Shown here: positions 38,295 through 50,033 of the stretch, piece by piece
How the letters are laid out: each line of letters begins with the position of its first letter
Position numbering within the stretch: position 1 is the first letter of the stretch
Notes under the pieces: model-generated
Seen by the model: the letters and a program-made list of their open reading frames with translations, nothing else
Told to the model about the DNA's origin: nothing
The model's database searches: none
Source of the DNA: a virus
DNA: 64,000 nucleotides
Direction: 5' to 3' (one strand)
Virus record (IMG/VR): IMGVR_UViG_3300042453_004661
Span: 1-64,000 of that record
Program-made: the position numbers and the translations under genes

Positions 38295-39971
38295 ATGAGC
38301 GGAAGTATACATTCAACAGCACCTGACGCATTTGTTCAGTTTTGGTCATTCAATATGGAGAAGCTTACTGACAAAGACGGGAATGCTGTTCCAAACAACT
38401 CCGCAGTCATGGGTGTATCTGAAGTAATCGCCCAAAAAGAAATTATCAGCATCAATACATCTAAGTCCAAATCGTCTGGTGGGACATTTCAAATTGTCCT
38501 CGCTTCTGATGTCAATTGGAAGAAAGCAGTACCAGTAGGATCTTGGTGCTTTATTCACATTAGCGATAATCAACTCACAGGGAAAGAAGGCGTCGAGCCT
38601 TACGGCGGGCTAAAGATGATTGGCATTGTAAAGTCCGTGAGAAGAAAAGAAACGATCATGCCAGAGATTGGGACTAGGACAGTCAGGTATGTAATATCTG
38701 GCGAAGACTTTCAGTCCATGTTTTCGGCAAAAGTATTCATCAGTCCCGAGATTACAGAAGGTAACGGCCAAAATGCAGTTACATCTCTTGCTGTGCTTGG
38801 CAAGCTTTTTACGGACACGATAGCAAAGTCCCCAGATGTTATCGTGAATAGCTTAATCGATGCAATCCTGGGCGATGCCGGGACCACTTTTGATGTCAAG
38901 GATACAGACGGTAAAGTCAGTAAAAAGAAGAGCATTGTATCTTCATTCAGGGCCGGGTTTGGTATAGAAGTACCGCAAGAGGTATTCAAGAAGATTAGAG
39001 GAGAAAATGGTGTGCTTTTCTCCAAGATGATAAATAGATATATCTTCAAGCCACTACTTGGAAAGATATCGTCTTTTATTCCCAGCTTTTCTGATCAAAC
39101 AGAGCTATGGAGTGCAATTCACACATACTCTAATCCGGTATTGAACGAAGTCTACACCGAGCTACTTCCTGCGAATGTAAACGGAAAGACCAGGCTTATG
39201 CCCAGTTTTATCATGAGGCCAGTTCCATTCTCCATGAACCCCCCAAAAGGGACGGAGGCTTCTACGATAAAATTCTTGTCATCAGTCAAGAGGGCCAAGC
39301 CAATCGATCCGAATAAGTTAGGTAGGAACAAGGCAGAAGAGCAAAGAAAGAAATCGACTGAAGTGACACAAAATGTCGGGAATCATTTCTATGTCTCGAG
39401 GCAAATATTTGAGGACGAGATCTTATCGTTCGACGACGGCAAATCAGATACAGAGCGTTTGAATTTCTTTTTGGTGTCATCGACTATTGCAGGATCTGCG
39501 GATGCTATTATCCAAATCAATAATGCCAAAGGCATATCCAACATGGCCAACCCCGCCTCGGCTAAGCGCCATGGCTTGAGGCCTTTCATCTTCACAACCA
39601 ACTACGATACTCTACAGCAAGGCGATACGACTTTTGCAATCATGACTAATATAGTCAAAGATATGTATCAAAATGGCCATCTATATGAAAATGGGTTCAT
39701 GACTATTGTTGGAACGCCTAGCCATATCCCCGTGGGGACAAACATCTTGTTGCCAGAGCGTGGATGGATTGCCCATGTCGAAGCCGTCACGCATGAGTTC
39801 AATGTAGAGCCCAGCGTCGGCCATAAAAGCTATTACACCAATATTGCCTTTACCCGCCTGATGAGAACTGACGGAAATCCAATCGATAATTCTAATGGCG
39901 CAGTCACCGAGGGTAAATTAGGAGAATGGGACCGGGGAGTTACCGCAGTACCTAAAAGGAAGGGCACATGA
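38295..39971 (+). CDS. Baseplate hub-like protein
   Basis: INTSKS...GTFQIVL, NEVYTE, RHGLR and HVEAVTHEF; position after the tape measure gene. Confidence 0.6.
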   Translation: MSGSIHSTAPDAFVQFWSFNMEKLTDKDGNAVPNNSAVMGVSEVIAQKEIISINTSKSKSSGGTFQIVLASDVNWKKAVPVGSWCFIHISDNQLTGKEGVEPYGGLKMIGIVKSVRRKETIMPEIGTRTVRYVISGEDFQSMFSAKVFISPEITEGNGQNAVTSLAVLGKLFTDTIAKSPDVIVNSLIDAILGDAGTTFDVKDTDGKVSKKKSIVSSFRAGFGIEVPQEVFKKIRGENGVLFSKMINRYIFKPLLGKISSFIPSFSDQTELWSAIHTYSNPVLNEVYTELLPANVNGKTRLMPSFIMRPVPFSMNPPKGTEASTIKFLSSVKRAKPIDPNKLGRNKAEEQRKKSTEVTQNVGNHFYVSRQIFEDEILSFDDGKSDTERLNFFLVSSTIAGSADAIIQINNAKGISNMANPASAKRHGLRPFIFTTNYDTLQQGDTTFAIMTNIVKDMYQNGHLYENGFMTIVGTPSHIPVGTNILLPERGWIAHVEAVTHEFNVEPSVGHKSYYTNIAFTRLMRTDGNPIDNSNGAVTEGKLGEWDRGVTAVPKRKGT

Positions 39972-40984
39972 TTAAACGAGATGGCCATGGTGGCGTATTG
40001 CCGACTTCTATACCCTCATTTGAATCAAAGTCTGTTGAGCAAGAGTTCATGGCCAACAATACCATATACGAGGCCGAGATCGAAAAGGTATATGCGGTAG
40101 ACGACCCCGACAATAAATTCCAAAGTGCAAACTTTACAGTATGCGACATCATCCTTCGCAAGGCCAATGGATCTTCCGAGCCAGTTAAGAATTGCAGGCT
40201 AATGCAGCCAGCATGGGGCGGGACTCCCAACAACTTTCTCGAAACTCTCCAGGTAGATCCGGGCCCAAGCGCATCGTCGGCCAAGAACCCCAGATCCCAA
40301 AAAAGATCCAACTATGTTCTCGTCGCCTTTATCAACGGACGCAAAGACTATGGCGTTATCCTGGGCGGGCTTCCTCATGCCAATCCGGTAGCCAGGAAAA
40401 GGCGTCCGTCCAAGAAGAAAGGCGTATACCTCGAGGCAGAGTTCCAGGGCCTGAATTGGAAGATTAACAATGACGGCTCTATGGAAATGATATTCAATGG
40501 GCCCAGGAACGACAAAGGCGAGATCGTTGGCAAAGATGGCCCCACCACAGTAAAGATCGACCCAAAAGGTAACTTCCAGATCAGCACCAATAATCAACAG
40601 ACATTCAGTATTGATAGAGAAAAACAGACCGTATCGGTCGATTGTGGCCCTACCAAGTTTGTCATGGACGGCAAGGCCGACAAGATCACGGCCAAGTCAA
40701 AGACTGTAGAAACATTAGGGTCTGCGACCAACAGAGTCCATGGCGATAAGGTTAAGATATCCAAGTCTCCAACATCAGAACCTACCGAGCCTTTTGTCCT
40801 TGGCAATGTATTTGTCCAGATGATGCAGAAGCTCATCACGGCTATATCTAATCATCAGCATATCGGAAACCTAGGCGTCCCAACTCCTCCGCCTATTAAC
40901 AAGGCCGAATTCGAGAGCCTAAAGTCCTCGCCTATTGCAGACAAGAAGATCCTGTCAGACTTCATTACGGGTGAAAAAGGGTAA
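39968..40984 (+). CDS. Baseplate central spike (gpV/gp5-like)
   Basis: OB-fold VLVAFING...VILGGL, beta-helix repeats, and a tip HQH motif. Confidence 0.75.
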   Translation: MIKRDGHGGVLPTSIPSFESKSVEQEFMANNTIYEAEIEKVYAVDDPDNKFQSANFTVCDIILRKANGSSEPVKNCRLMQPAWGGTPNNFLETLQVDPGPSASSAKNPRSQKRSNYVLVAFINGRKDYGVILGGLPHANPVARKRRPSKKKGVYLEAEFQGLNWKINNDGSMEMIFNGPRNDKGEIVGKDGPTTVKIDPKGNFQISTNNQQTFSIDREKQTVSVDCGPTKFVMDGKADKITAKSKTVETLGSATNRVHGDKVKISKSPTSEPTEPFVLGNVFVQMMQKLITAISNHQHIGNLGVPTPPPINKAEFESLKSSPIADKKILSDFITGEKG

Positions 40985-40987
40985 TGT

Positions 40988-41680
40988 ATGCCAGTGCCCC
41001 AGGGATCAGCCTTGTATTCTGGTGTAGTGTCTAGATTGCCAAAGGAATTCGATACTTCTCACGGTCCCTTGAAGGATTTTATCCAAAATCTATGCCAAGA
41101 CATAGCATTGGCCTGGACTCTTTGGCATGCTGGTCTGCTCGGGGGAAGTAATAATGTAAGTGGATTAGGCATAGGTGGATGGGTTGGTAGTGGCGGTGGG
41201 GGAAAGTTGACCCAAACAGTACCATTCAATATCATCCATACCTGGCCAAAATCCGATCCAGATGGCTATTGGAATATTTTTAAGTCTGCAATAACGGCTG
41301 ACTACAAAGAAAAGTTTTCCAAATACGCCGACAGCTTTTCGTTTTCATCAGTACCATATGTTGGAGTTTGTGCAGCGACACCGTTAAGCCCGGGGCCGTT
41401 TTTCGCAACCAATATCCCTGGTCCTCTTGTGGCGTACAAAGCATCAGCAAGCGATCCCAAACAAATAGCAGAAGGAATAAGAGGCAAATTGCCGTCTAAG
41501 TGGTCAGAAAATAAAGATCCATTACAGAAATGGCTCGTTGCCCTCGAGGGGGCGACCGTAGAGCAGTTCGCCATATGGGAAAGCACTTCCCAGTTTGTTG
41601 GCGATACTGTGGCAGGGACAGGATCTCCAGGAGCAGGGGCAGGGTCCGGAACATCTAACGGAACAGGAAAGATAGTATAA
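40988..41680 (+). CDS. Gly-rich baseplate-associated protein
   Basis: Position after the spike gene; C-terminal GxG repeats. Confidence 0.5.
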   Translation: MPVPQGSALYSGVVSRLPKEFDTSHGPLKDFIQNLCQDIALAWTLWHAGLLGGSNNVSGLGIGGWVGSGGGGKLTQTVPFNIIHTWPKSDPDGYWNIFKSAITADYKEKFSKYADSFSFSSVPYVGVCAATPLSPGPFFATNIPGPLVAYKASASDPKQIAEGIRGKLPSKWSENKDPLQKWLVALEGATVEQFAIWESTSQFVGDTVAGTGSPGAGAGSGTSNGTGKIV

Positions 41681-44217
41681 TGTCGAGCAAAAAATCAAAA
41701 AAAACATCATTGACAAGAGGGATCAGGTACGACAATGCATTGAAGTCTGCTGGATTTCAAGATAATTATCGTTACTATTTTAGAATAAAAGAAGCGAGAG
41801 CAGATGGGACTACCGAGCAGAGCGACCCCACCAATGCTTCGCAAACCTCATCCTTTAAGAAAGAAGACAATACTGGAGCGATAATTATTAAAGAGGTTCA
41901 GGCCTGGGCAGATCCTGGGACAGAGTCTATTATCGCATTAGACATTCCTCCTTCCGCAGTAACAATTACCTCGCCATTTGCCATTTCTGTTATCGCAACA
42001 AACAAAGGCATTCTCGAGGAGCATAACGGTCTTGTATTTAAGACAATCGTAATATCAGGTAATACTGGCATACTCCCAAGAGACCGACAAGGTGCGCTTT
42101 CCGGCAAGGCTAAAAACACCTGGCTCAGCAACTATCTTCCAGAAACTGGAGCATCAGTCAATAAGCTTGTGGGGTCAATAAAGAAACTGGTCAATCCATC
42201 GAATAGCGATATACCCAGTGAAGCAGACTACAATCGGTTTGCAACAAACCCCAGCACCGGATATGCAAAATTTTGGAGATTACACAATTTCTTAGTTTCT
42301 TATGCAGACGCAAAAAAGAGTGGGCGATGGAAGAATGCTCGCTTAGTTTTTGGATGCCCTAAAGACAACATTGAATATGTTTGCACTCCTATTCAATTTG
42401 AGATGAAGAGAGATGCATCGAGGCCTCTTACATACAATTACATGATTGTATTGAAGGCCTGGGAGCTGACAAAGCCATTCTTCCCGGCGATTAAAGATCT
42501 ACAGATTCCTAGTCCCCGAAACCCTGGAGCCATAAAGGATCTTGCCAATTCTGTTATGTCTGCAAGAGATGTTATACAGAATGGCCGAAATGTATTGCTT
42601 GGTGTCAATAATGATATTCAATCAGTCCTAAATGTAGCTTCACAAGTTATTTTCTTTACCAAGGACCTGGCTGGGCTTGCGACTGATATTCTTGATTTTC
42701 CTACATTATTTCTCAATAATATAGATCAAATGATCGTAGGATCTTGGGAGCAAATGGCTGCGGCCATGGAGACTGCATTTCAGAGCGGTGACGAGAGGCT
42801 AAAAAGGGTTCTTGGTGGGGTCAGGCCGTTTGATAATTCAGCGTCGGAAGCTGTTGGCGCCGGGTCGTCTGTAGCCTCTGCTCAATCAAACTCCCCAACA
42901 GGAACATCTTTTGACCCAAAGACTTCCCAAAGCACTCCCGCAAAATTATCTGCAGAAAGTTTTGCTCGATATGCCCTTCAGAATTCGGCAATCGGGTCAA
43001 GCATCAATTTGGACTCAATCGCTCTTCCTGACAATCTTAAACAGGATTTAGAATCACAAAAAGAAGAAGCCAGGAATATAACAACTGGTGACATTCGGGA
43101 TCTGCAGGCTGATTTGCAGAATACATCGGATAATCTTGCCCAGTCTATCGGGCTAATGGATGAAGCCTATGCGACTACCTATGGATTGCCCCCACCAGAC
43201 CTTGGTCGGGCTCCAACAGAGGATGACATCATATTGATGGCTTCATTGCAAGAGCAGAAAGACGGATTTGGATCTCTTCTTTCTACCGGAGAGCTATTGA
43301 AAGAAGCCTCTGCAGATCCTTTTGTGTCGGCCAATAATAATCTTCCAGAAGATGATGCAATAAATGCTCCTCCTTCAGCCTTCTTGACAAGGATCAATAA
43401 CGGGGAAAACTTACAAGATGTTGCAGGAAGGACCTTGGGGGATTCCTCTAGGTGGAGAGAGATCGCAATCCTCAATGACCTAAAGCCCCCATATGTTACA
43501 TCTCAGCTTCTGTCTAAGACTTTTACAGCTCCGTTTGGCCGGACGGTATTGGTATCAGATGCCAGCGATTTAGCCATTGGGGAATATGTGACTATATTTG
43601 CCACATCATCAACTCGGCGTAAGATTTTAAATATAGAAAATTTTGACTCATCATTCAGGATTACTTTTGACGGCCCAGATAATCTTTCGGCTTTTGTGTC
43701 CTCACCTGTCAAGAATCTATTGTATGCCCAGGCTGGCACTGTTGTTTCTGGAGATCCTATCCTAATTCCATCAGCAGGAGAAGCAGAAGATCTATCTACA
43801 CTTAGGCCAACTCCTCTTAATTCCCGACTCAGTAACGCTGAAAAGATCTTTAAAATCGATCTAGCGGTTAATGATTCTGGCGACTTTATCCTAAGTGGAG
43901 ATGGAGACATCAAGAGAAGTTATGGATATGACAATGCTATTCAGGCCATAAAGCTTGCCTTATCGGTTGAAAAAGGCGAACTTGAAAGGCATCCAAGCTA
44001 TGGCGTAGGCATTCCAATTGGATCTAGAAACAGCGACTTAGGCGTAAATCAGCTTGATAATCTTGTAAGGGAGCAAATCACATCAGATCCTAGATTTACC
44101 GATGTTGATACTCAGGTTAAGGTAAATGGATCTGAGGTCAGGATTGAAGTATTAGCTAGAGGGGCAGAAAGCACTGGACTTATCCCGATTGAATTCAGGG
44201 TTGGAGATCCAGAGTAG
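41680..44217 (+). CDS. Baseplate protein with a LysM-like domain and a C-terminal gp25/gpW-like domain
   Basis: GENLQDVAGRTLGDSSRWREIAILNDL; NAIQAIKLALSVEKGELERHPSYG...DPRF. Confidence 0.65.
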   Translation: MSSKKSKKTSLTRGIRYDNALKSAGFQDNYRYYFRIKEARADGTTEQSDPTNASQTSSFKKEDNTGAIIIKEVQAWADPGTESIIALDIPPSAVTITSPFAISVIATNKGILEEHNGLVFKTIVISGNTGILPRDRQGALSGKAKNTWLSNYLPETGASVNKLVGSIKKLVNPSNSDIPSEADYNRFATNPSTGYAKFWRLHNFLVSYADAKKSGRWKNARLVFGCPKDNIEYVCTPIQFEMKRDASRPLTYNYMIVLKAWELTKPFFPAIKDLQIPSPRNPGAIKDLANSVMSARDVIQNGRNVLLGVNNDIQSVLNVASQVIFFTKDLAGLATDILDFPTLFLNNIDQMIVGSWEQMAAAMETAFQSGDERLKRVLGGVRPFDNSASEAVGAGSSVASAQSNSPTGTSFDPKTSQSTPAKLSAESFARYALQNSAIGSSINLDSIALPDNLKQDLESQKEEARNITTGDIRDLQADLQNTSDNLAQSIGLMDEAYATTYGLPPPDLGRAPTEDDIILMASLQEQKDGFGSLLSTGELLKEASADPFVSANNNLPEDDAINAPPSAFLTRINNGENLQDVAGRTLGDSSRWREIAILNDLKPPYVTSQLLSKTFTAPFGRTVLVSDASDLAIGEYVTIFATSSTRRKILNIENFDSSFRITFDGPDNLSAFVSSPVKNLLYAQAGTVVSGDPILIPSAGEAEDLSTLRPTPLNSRLSNAEKIFKIDLAVNDSGDFILSGDGDIKRSYGYDNAIQAIKLALSVEKGELERHPSYGVGIPIGSRNSDLGVNQLDNLVREQITSDPRFTDVDTQVKVNGSEVRIEVLARGAESTGLIPIEFRVGDPE

Positions 44218-44243
44218 CCTAGATAAGGTAAAATAGTAATAAT

Positions 44244-47200
44244 ATGGCAGATATAGTTCTAAGAAGTCTACAGCAAATTGAGGGCCGGATGATTGCCAAG
44301 CTATTGGCTGAAACCGACCTAAACGATCTATCTCCCGGGTCTGTATGGCTCACCATGATCGAGGCAGCTGCCGGGTCAGACTTTCAGACTGAAGGCAAGC
44401 TTCTTCAGTTGATGAATATCAGAAACCTTGACAAGACCACGGGGACAGACCTTGAGAAGCTGGCCCTAGAGCTTGGCGTAACGCCCAGCCGGATTGGGGC
44501 TAGTCCAGCTCGAGCCAAGGTTACTATAGGCGATTCTGCGTTTACCAAAGTTTTTTCAAATATCTACTCAGGCCTATCGAGCCCCGTCGCTGGCGATACA
44601 TCTATTGCGATTGTCGATGGATCAGGATTCTCGGCATCTGGCACTATCTACATCGCCCGTGGCTTTGCTTCTTACGAAGCCGTATCTTATATTTCTGCCG
44701 TTGACAGTGGCCCGTACTGGACCCTCACTCTATCAAGTCCTCTCGGCAAAGATCACTTGGTAGGCGAAGAGGTTGTTTTGGCCCAGGGAGGCAATCGCCT
44801 TATCCCTGCCGGGACAACAGTCAGTGCAGGATCTGGGGTCGATTTTAACACCATTGTTGACTACACGATTCTTGATGGAGAAGATTCTCTTCCTAATATT
44901 GATGTAACAGCAAGTACACCAGGAGAATCTGGCAATGTAGGCCGTAACAAGATTACGCAGTTTAGCGGATCTCCATTCTCGACGGCCACAGTCACTAACC
45001 CAGATCCCGCTAACGGCGGTAAAGAATCTGAAACCGATGCTGAACTTAGGCAACGGGTAAAAGATCATGTCCACAATCTTGGCCGTGGTACAAAGAAAGC
45101 TATTTATCGTGCCGTAATCGGCGTGTCTGATCCAGACGAAGGCAAGAGGGTTATCTCTGCATTCCTTCGTGAGCCAGCCGAGGCAGGACAGATTGGTGTA
45201 TTGTTTATCGATGACGGCACAGGATTCGCACCAACATTCTCCGGAATAGGCGAAGAAGTCCTCGTCACCTCTGCAGCTGGAACCGAGCAATTCCTTCAGC
45301 TCCAGAAATGGCCAGTCGTTAAGGCCCAGGCAGCTTCTATCTCTCTCGAGCCCTTTAAGTTGGTAGGCGGGGAGCAATTCTTGTTCGAGGTAGATGGCAC
45401 TACTGAGACCCAAACAATTCCATCTTCTTATTTCCGCTCTCCAGGTGTCGTAACTGCTCAGGAAATAGCCGAAGCTATCAATACTATCTATACAACAGTC
45501 GAGGCCCGGGCCAAAGACGGTAGGCTATTTGTTACCCCCACCGCAAGCGACCCTGACTATATCCGAGTCGGCGTTGCAACAAACGATGCAAATGCATCAG
45601 TTCGATTCCCTACCAATCGCCAATACACTATCCGCCTCTATAAGAACGATGTCCTTCTAGAGAAGTCTGGTCGTGCAGGAAGCCTTCAGTCCAAGCCTAA
45701 CAGCCAGTGGCCAGTATTTGCTAGCTCCGAAACTATCCAGCTCCAGGTAGACGGGATTGCATTCGGCATGTTGATTACTTTTACCGATGCAGACTTTGCG
45801 GCCAATACATCCTCGCTCACTATCAATGGCGCAAGTGCCAGCGATTGGGTCAAGATCTTCAATCTTAGAATCCCTGGCATCCAGGCAAAAGCTAATGACG
45901 ATGGATCTTTCACCCTCACATCAAACCTTGGGAATAACGACAAGTCCGAAGTCAAGATAATCGGTGGGTCGCTAAACGGGACCTTATTCGAGCCATTTGC
46001 AGGAACTACTGGTAAAGGATCTGACTTCAAACTCAATAGATTGCTTGGCCAGATCGAACTAGCTGAAAGGCTTGTGGAAGGCGATGAGTTAAAAGCTGGG
46101 ACAGTAAATACTCGAGCATTCTTTGACACAACAGAAAATGCCAGCTTCAATCTTCCTCTTACTCTCGGGTCTCCCGGGCGCATGGTTATCGTAGCTAATG
46201 CGACTACCGCAAGCGTTGCCGTGGCTCAGACCGGAGTCATTACTTTTACAATTCCGACCGCAGGAGTCCAGAGAATCGCTGGATCTGCAGGCCAATTCTC
46301 GTCTGTGCGTAAAGACGATTATGCATTCCTATACAATACTCCAAGGAATGCATTGCTCAAGGTTAAAGATGTCGATCCTGCTGGGGCATATGTAGACTTT
46401 TTTGATCCTGCCCCTACCGGAGGATCTGCAACTATTAACGGAGCAAGTATCCGTATTAGTTTCTTTAGGACATCTGGCATTCCACAGGTATTTGAGCTTC
46501 CAGTTGGCCCAGAAGTGACTGGGTCTGATCTAGCTACTGCATTTAATGCTCAGATTACTGGAGCAAAAGCAAGCATCACAAATGGTGGAGCCGTCAGGTT
46601 CCAGACTCTTAGGTTTTCTTCTGAAGGAGGCCTAGGTCTTCCAGTCATTGCCGGGTCTGCATTCAATCTTGGAATTGATGAAGGAAGCTTGCAGTCAAAC
46701 GATCCGCATGTCGCATCTATTGAGTCTGCAGATTTGGCCGGATATCCGACTGGTCGATTCACAATAGCAACAGCCGACAATACTTTGCCATATACCCAAC
46801 TAAACGCAAGCGGAACCCCATTCCCTGATGTCTCATTTGCCAATAGGCCAGTATTGACCTATATCGGATCGGCCCAGGCGATTATCCGTCAGCCACAAGA
46901 AAAGCTTAGCTCGAGCCAGCTATTGCTCAGAAACTATACCCCATTCCAGAATATCGGCTTAGGTGCTGACATGAGAGGCACAACCTCTGACGGTCTCGAG
47001 CTTGGCGAAAAAGACAATATCGTATTCTTGATTGACGACGATGCGACCCAAAAGACTTTTGATATCCCGATGAACCTCCAGGGTCAAGTGGCTGGCCCAT
47101 CTGTACCAAACCTTTTCCAGTTTGATGCCAATGATTCGTCTGGCGCTAATCTAGGAACTTCTAGCCGTTGGCTTGGATATGAGTTTGCAGACTATAAGCT

Positions 47201-50033
47201 TCTATTGAGGGCTAGAAAAGACCTCGTCACACAAGGTCCAAATACCGGAATTAGGATCAGGTCTGTCGGATATGGCGATAATGGCAAAAAGATTCGGGCA
47301 GGATTGGTTTATCCATCGGCTCCTCTTACTGCCCCATCTGCAAGTTATGAGTTTGATGCAGTCAATGAAACAATCAGCATCAATTCTGTTATGGGATCTG
47401 GCGCCGAAAGAATCATCGGCATGGGCCCAAATGCCCCTATCTATGTTTCGTATACGGGCTCTGGCCCATATACCTACAGAGTCCAGATGATTCCTCCTGT
47501 CGATCTTTCTAGCGTATTAGTCAATGACATGTGCGCCTTGGCTGATCAGACATTCAGCTCTGCCAACAGAGCAACCATGAGAGTGACAGCAATCACTAAC
47601 TTGGTAGACTCGGCAAAGACTTTCCAGCATTTGGTTGAGGAAGCCAAGGGCGATATCGTTGGCGGTACAAGCTTGTCGCTTACGACCTCTACTACTCAGA
47701 CTATTCGTCCAGGCGATAAGATTGTTAAAAAGTCATTGTATGCCCAGGCGTCAGTGATCGGGGCATCTACGGTCGATGTTCCTGTAGCTTCTAACTTCTC
47801 TGCTGGCCCATCAACTTTTACAGCAAATGCTATTACATTCAACTATACTTCATACACCAGTGCGACTGGTCAGTTTGCCGGGGTCACTCCTGCGCCTACA
47901 GGCTTGATTAACCCGGGCGATGATATTGTTCAGAGTGTAGCAAATGAAACTTCTTATGTAGTTTCTGGATCTGGGCCCTACACTATCTCCCCATCAATTG
48001 GAAGTGGTTCCAATTTCATTTACGAGATTACCCACGCTTCTTTGACCGCAAATGCTCCGATCTCTTTTTCTCCTGCTGTCAATGACAAGCTCCAGGTTCT
48101 TTCAAATATCTACAACATAAATACCATATTCTCTGCTACAGAATTTGGTGTTAATAATCCATTCCAGTTCACTGGATCTCAGGCGGGTGTATTTAGCAGG
48201 GTCATCCTTACCCTTAGCAGGCAACAGCCTGGGGTCAACGAGAGCGTCAATGCATTGAGTGCCCAATCTTTAAGGGTATTTGAGCTAGATGCAACGGTTA
48301 ATAATGCCCAGGCCATGATCGACGCTATCAACAATACTGCAGGAGTAAATCTTCTTGTAGAAGCCCTTAGCTCTAGTGGCTCAGATGGTACGGGAGTATT
48401 GACTCAGTCTACCGAAGATGTATTAGGCTCTGCATACGAATCACTCCTCAATGGGTCAGGAGTCATCTCTAGTTCGGCAAACTCTAGTCCCAATATGACA
48501 CTTAAGTATGCTCTAGATATGCCTCTTGAAATCGGGGAATTATTTAAAATTCAGCCAATCACGCCGAAGAACGCTGCAGACCATCTTGCAAAGAAGCAGA
48601 TTTCTGGTCTCTCTGTTGCAGCTGATGTCGCACTCGTCAATGTAGGCCGTAGCGTCCAGGTCAGCTCCAAGGTTCCTGGGGGATTTGGTCAGGTTTATGC
48701 GGTTGGCGGAAGAGCATCAAGCTCAACATTCCTTGATGTCAAGAATAATATCCAGGAAATCAGTGCCACCAAAGCAATTATCGAGCTAGATGCTTCTGCT
48801 CGAGAAGTCGTCCAGCCAGGCCATTTGGTGAAAGTTAGCCAGACTGGTCTTGCCAAGAAAGAATGGACCGCTGGAAGCCCGACCCCTACTGACACTATTG
48901 AGATCACGATCCCGTCTACAGGCGTAGGTCAGATTACTTGCTCAAAACCTTTTGCTTCTATTTATTCTTACACCCACACCGGAACAGTAGTATGGGCGGT
49001 AAGAAAACTGTCAAGGAATAGATACAGGTATGAGGCAATCTCTGGCACAGCAACTCTTCCTGCAGGCTATCAGTCTGGCGACTGGGTGCTTGTCGGGAAC
49101 GGATCAGCATATGCAGGGATTACACCTCCTAGCCTCTTCGCAAGTGCCAACCAAGGACTATTCCAGATAGTAGAAGCAGGATCTGTCTATTTTGATGTCG
49201 ATAATTCTTCTGGTGTAGAAGAGTATGTTTCTGCAAGTGCTAGCCCATTCTTGTTTGCGCCTTACCATTCTGCCCAGGTAGGCGACAAGATCGTACTCGA
49301 TGCCGAGGCCCCGGTTGCTACAGCCAACAAGGGCACATTCACTATTACTGAAGTAGTTGATGCGAATACAGTTAAGTATACTAATCCATCAGTTGAAATC
49401 CAGGCCCCAGTTGCGTTTGGGCCAATAACATCTTCTGTATATCTTTTGGACAGGGGATATTCAACTTATCGTCGAGTCGTTATGGTTCTACCGAAACCTT
49501 CCGATCCTTCTACACGATCTCTCATGGTCGTTACACCAGGGTACGATATGGCATTATTCAGCGAGTCTGCTAGTGCCCGAATTGAATTGCCAAACCGCCT
49601 CGGGTTCTCTTCCCAGCCAGTCCCGGGCATGAACGGGTATTCCTACTGGATCGGCCTCAAGCAAAGGGTTCAATACACCCTGGACGGATATGCTCCAGAC
49701 TCTGCTACATTCCCAGGTGTACGAGCTGCAGGGGTAGCGATTGAAGCAAGGGAGCCCCAGATCCAACGGGTTAGCTTGTCTATCAGGATCAAGACCAAAG
49801 AAGGGGTAGCCCTAAGTAGCATCTCTGACAGCATCAAGAATGCCGTAGTCGGATATGTCAACTCACTTGGTCTTGGCCAAGATGTTGTAATCTCAGAGAT
49901 TATTTCTTTGATTCAACAGACATCCGGGGTCGATGCGGTAGTATTTTTAATTCCAGCACCCGGCACTGAGCGTATTACAATAGCAGATAAGGCTATTGCA
50001 AGAACTAGCTCTAATGATGTGGTGTTGTCATGA
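44244..50033 (+). CDS. Giant baseplate wedge protein (gpJ/T4 gp6-like) with large insertions
   Basis: GSVWLTMIEA, TGTDLE, PGESGNV, GGKESETDAELRQR, and C-terminal YVNSLGLGQDVVISEI. Confidence 0.85.
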   Translation: MADIVLRSLQQIEGRMIAKLLAETDLNDLSPGSVWLTMIEAAAGSDFQTEGKLLQLMNIRNLDKTTGTDLEKLALELGVTPSRIGASPARAKVTIGDSAFTKVFSNIYSGLSSPVAGDTSIAIVDGSGFSASGTIYIARGFASYEAVSYISAVDSGPYWTLTLSSPLGKDHLVGEEVVLAQGGNRLIPAGTTVSAGSGVDFNTIVDYTILDGEDSLPNIDVTASTPGESGNVGRNKITQFSGSPFSTATVTNPDPANGGKESETDAELRQRVKDHVHNLGRGTKKAIYRAVIGVSDPDEGKRVISAFLREPAEAGQIGVLFIDDGTGFAPTFSGIGEEVLVTSAAGTEQFLQLQKWPVVKAQAASISLEPFKLVGGEQFLFEVDGTTETQTIPSSYFRSPGVVTAQEIAEAINTIYTTVEARAKDGRLFVTPTASDPDYIRVGVATNDANASVRFPTNRQYTIRLYKNDVLLEKSGRAGSLQSKPNSQWPVFASSETIQLQVDGIAFGMLITFTDADFAANTSSLTINGASASDWVKIFNLRIPGIQAKANDDGSFTLTSNLGNNDKSEVKIIGGSLNGTLFEPFAGTTGKGSDFKLNRLLGQIELAERLVEGDELKAGTVNTRAFFDTTENASFNLPLTLGSPGRMVIVANATTASVAVAQTGVITFTIPTAGVQRIAGSAGQFSSVRKDDYAFLYNTPRNALLKVKDVDPAGAYVDFFDPAPTGGSATINGASIRISFFRTSGIPQVFELPVGPEVTGSDLATAFNAQITGAKASITNGGAVRFQTLRFSSEGGLGLPVIAGSAFNLGIDEGSLQSNDPHVASIESADLAGYPTGRFTIATADNTLPYTQLNASGTPFPDVSFANRPVLTYIGSAQAIIRQPQEKLSSSQLLLRNYTPFQNIGLGADMRGTTSDGLELGEKDNIVFLIDDDATQKTFDIPMNLQGQVAGPSVPNLFQFDANDSSGANLGTSSRWLGYEFADYKLLLRARKDLVTQGPNTGIRIRSVGYGDNGKKIRAGLVYPSAPLTAPSASYEFDAVNETISINSVMGSGAERIIGMGPNAPIYVSYTGSGPYTYRVQMIPPVDLSSVLVNDMCALADQTFSSANRATMRVTAITNLVDSAKTFQHLVEEAKGDIVGGTSLSLTTSTTQTIRPGDKIVKKSLYAQASVIGASTVDVPVASNFSAGPSTFTANAITFNYTSYTSATGQFAGVTPAPTGLINPGDDIVQSVANETSYVVSGSGPYTISPSIGSGSNFIYEITHASLTANAPISFSPAVNDKLQVLSNIYNINTIFSATEFGVNNPFQFTGSQAGVFSRVILTLSRQQPGVNESVNALSAQSLRVFELDATVNNAQAMIDAINNTAGVNLLVEALSSSGSDGTGVLTQSTEDVLGSAYESLLNGSGVISSSANSSPNMTLKYALDMPLEIGELFKIQPITPKNAADHLAKKQISGLSVAADVALVNVGRSVQVSSKVPGGFGQVYAVGGRASSSTFLDVKNNIQEISATKAIIELDASAREVVQPGHLVKVSQTGLAKKEWTAGSPTPTDTIEITIPSTGVGQITCSKPFASIYSYTHTGTVVWAVRKLSRNRYRYEAISGTATLPAGYQSGDWVLVGNGSAYAGITPPSLFASANQGLFQIVEAGSVYFDVDNSSGVEEYVSASASPFLFAPYHSAQVGDKIVLDAEAPVATANKGTFTITEVVDANTVKYTNPSVEIQAPVAFGPITSSVYLLDRGYSTYRRVVMVLPKPSDPSTRSLMVVTPGYDMALFSESASARIELPNRLGFSSQPVPGMNGYSYWIGLKQRVQYTLDGYAPDSATFPGVRAAGVAIEAREPQIQRVSLSIRIKTKEGVALSSISDSIKNAVVGYVNSLGLGQDVVISEIISLIQQTSGVDAVVFLIPAPGTERITIADKAIARTSSNDVVLS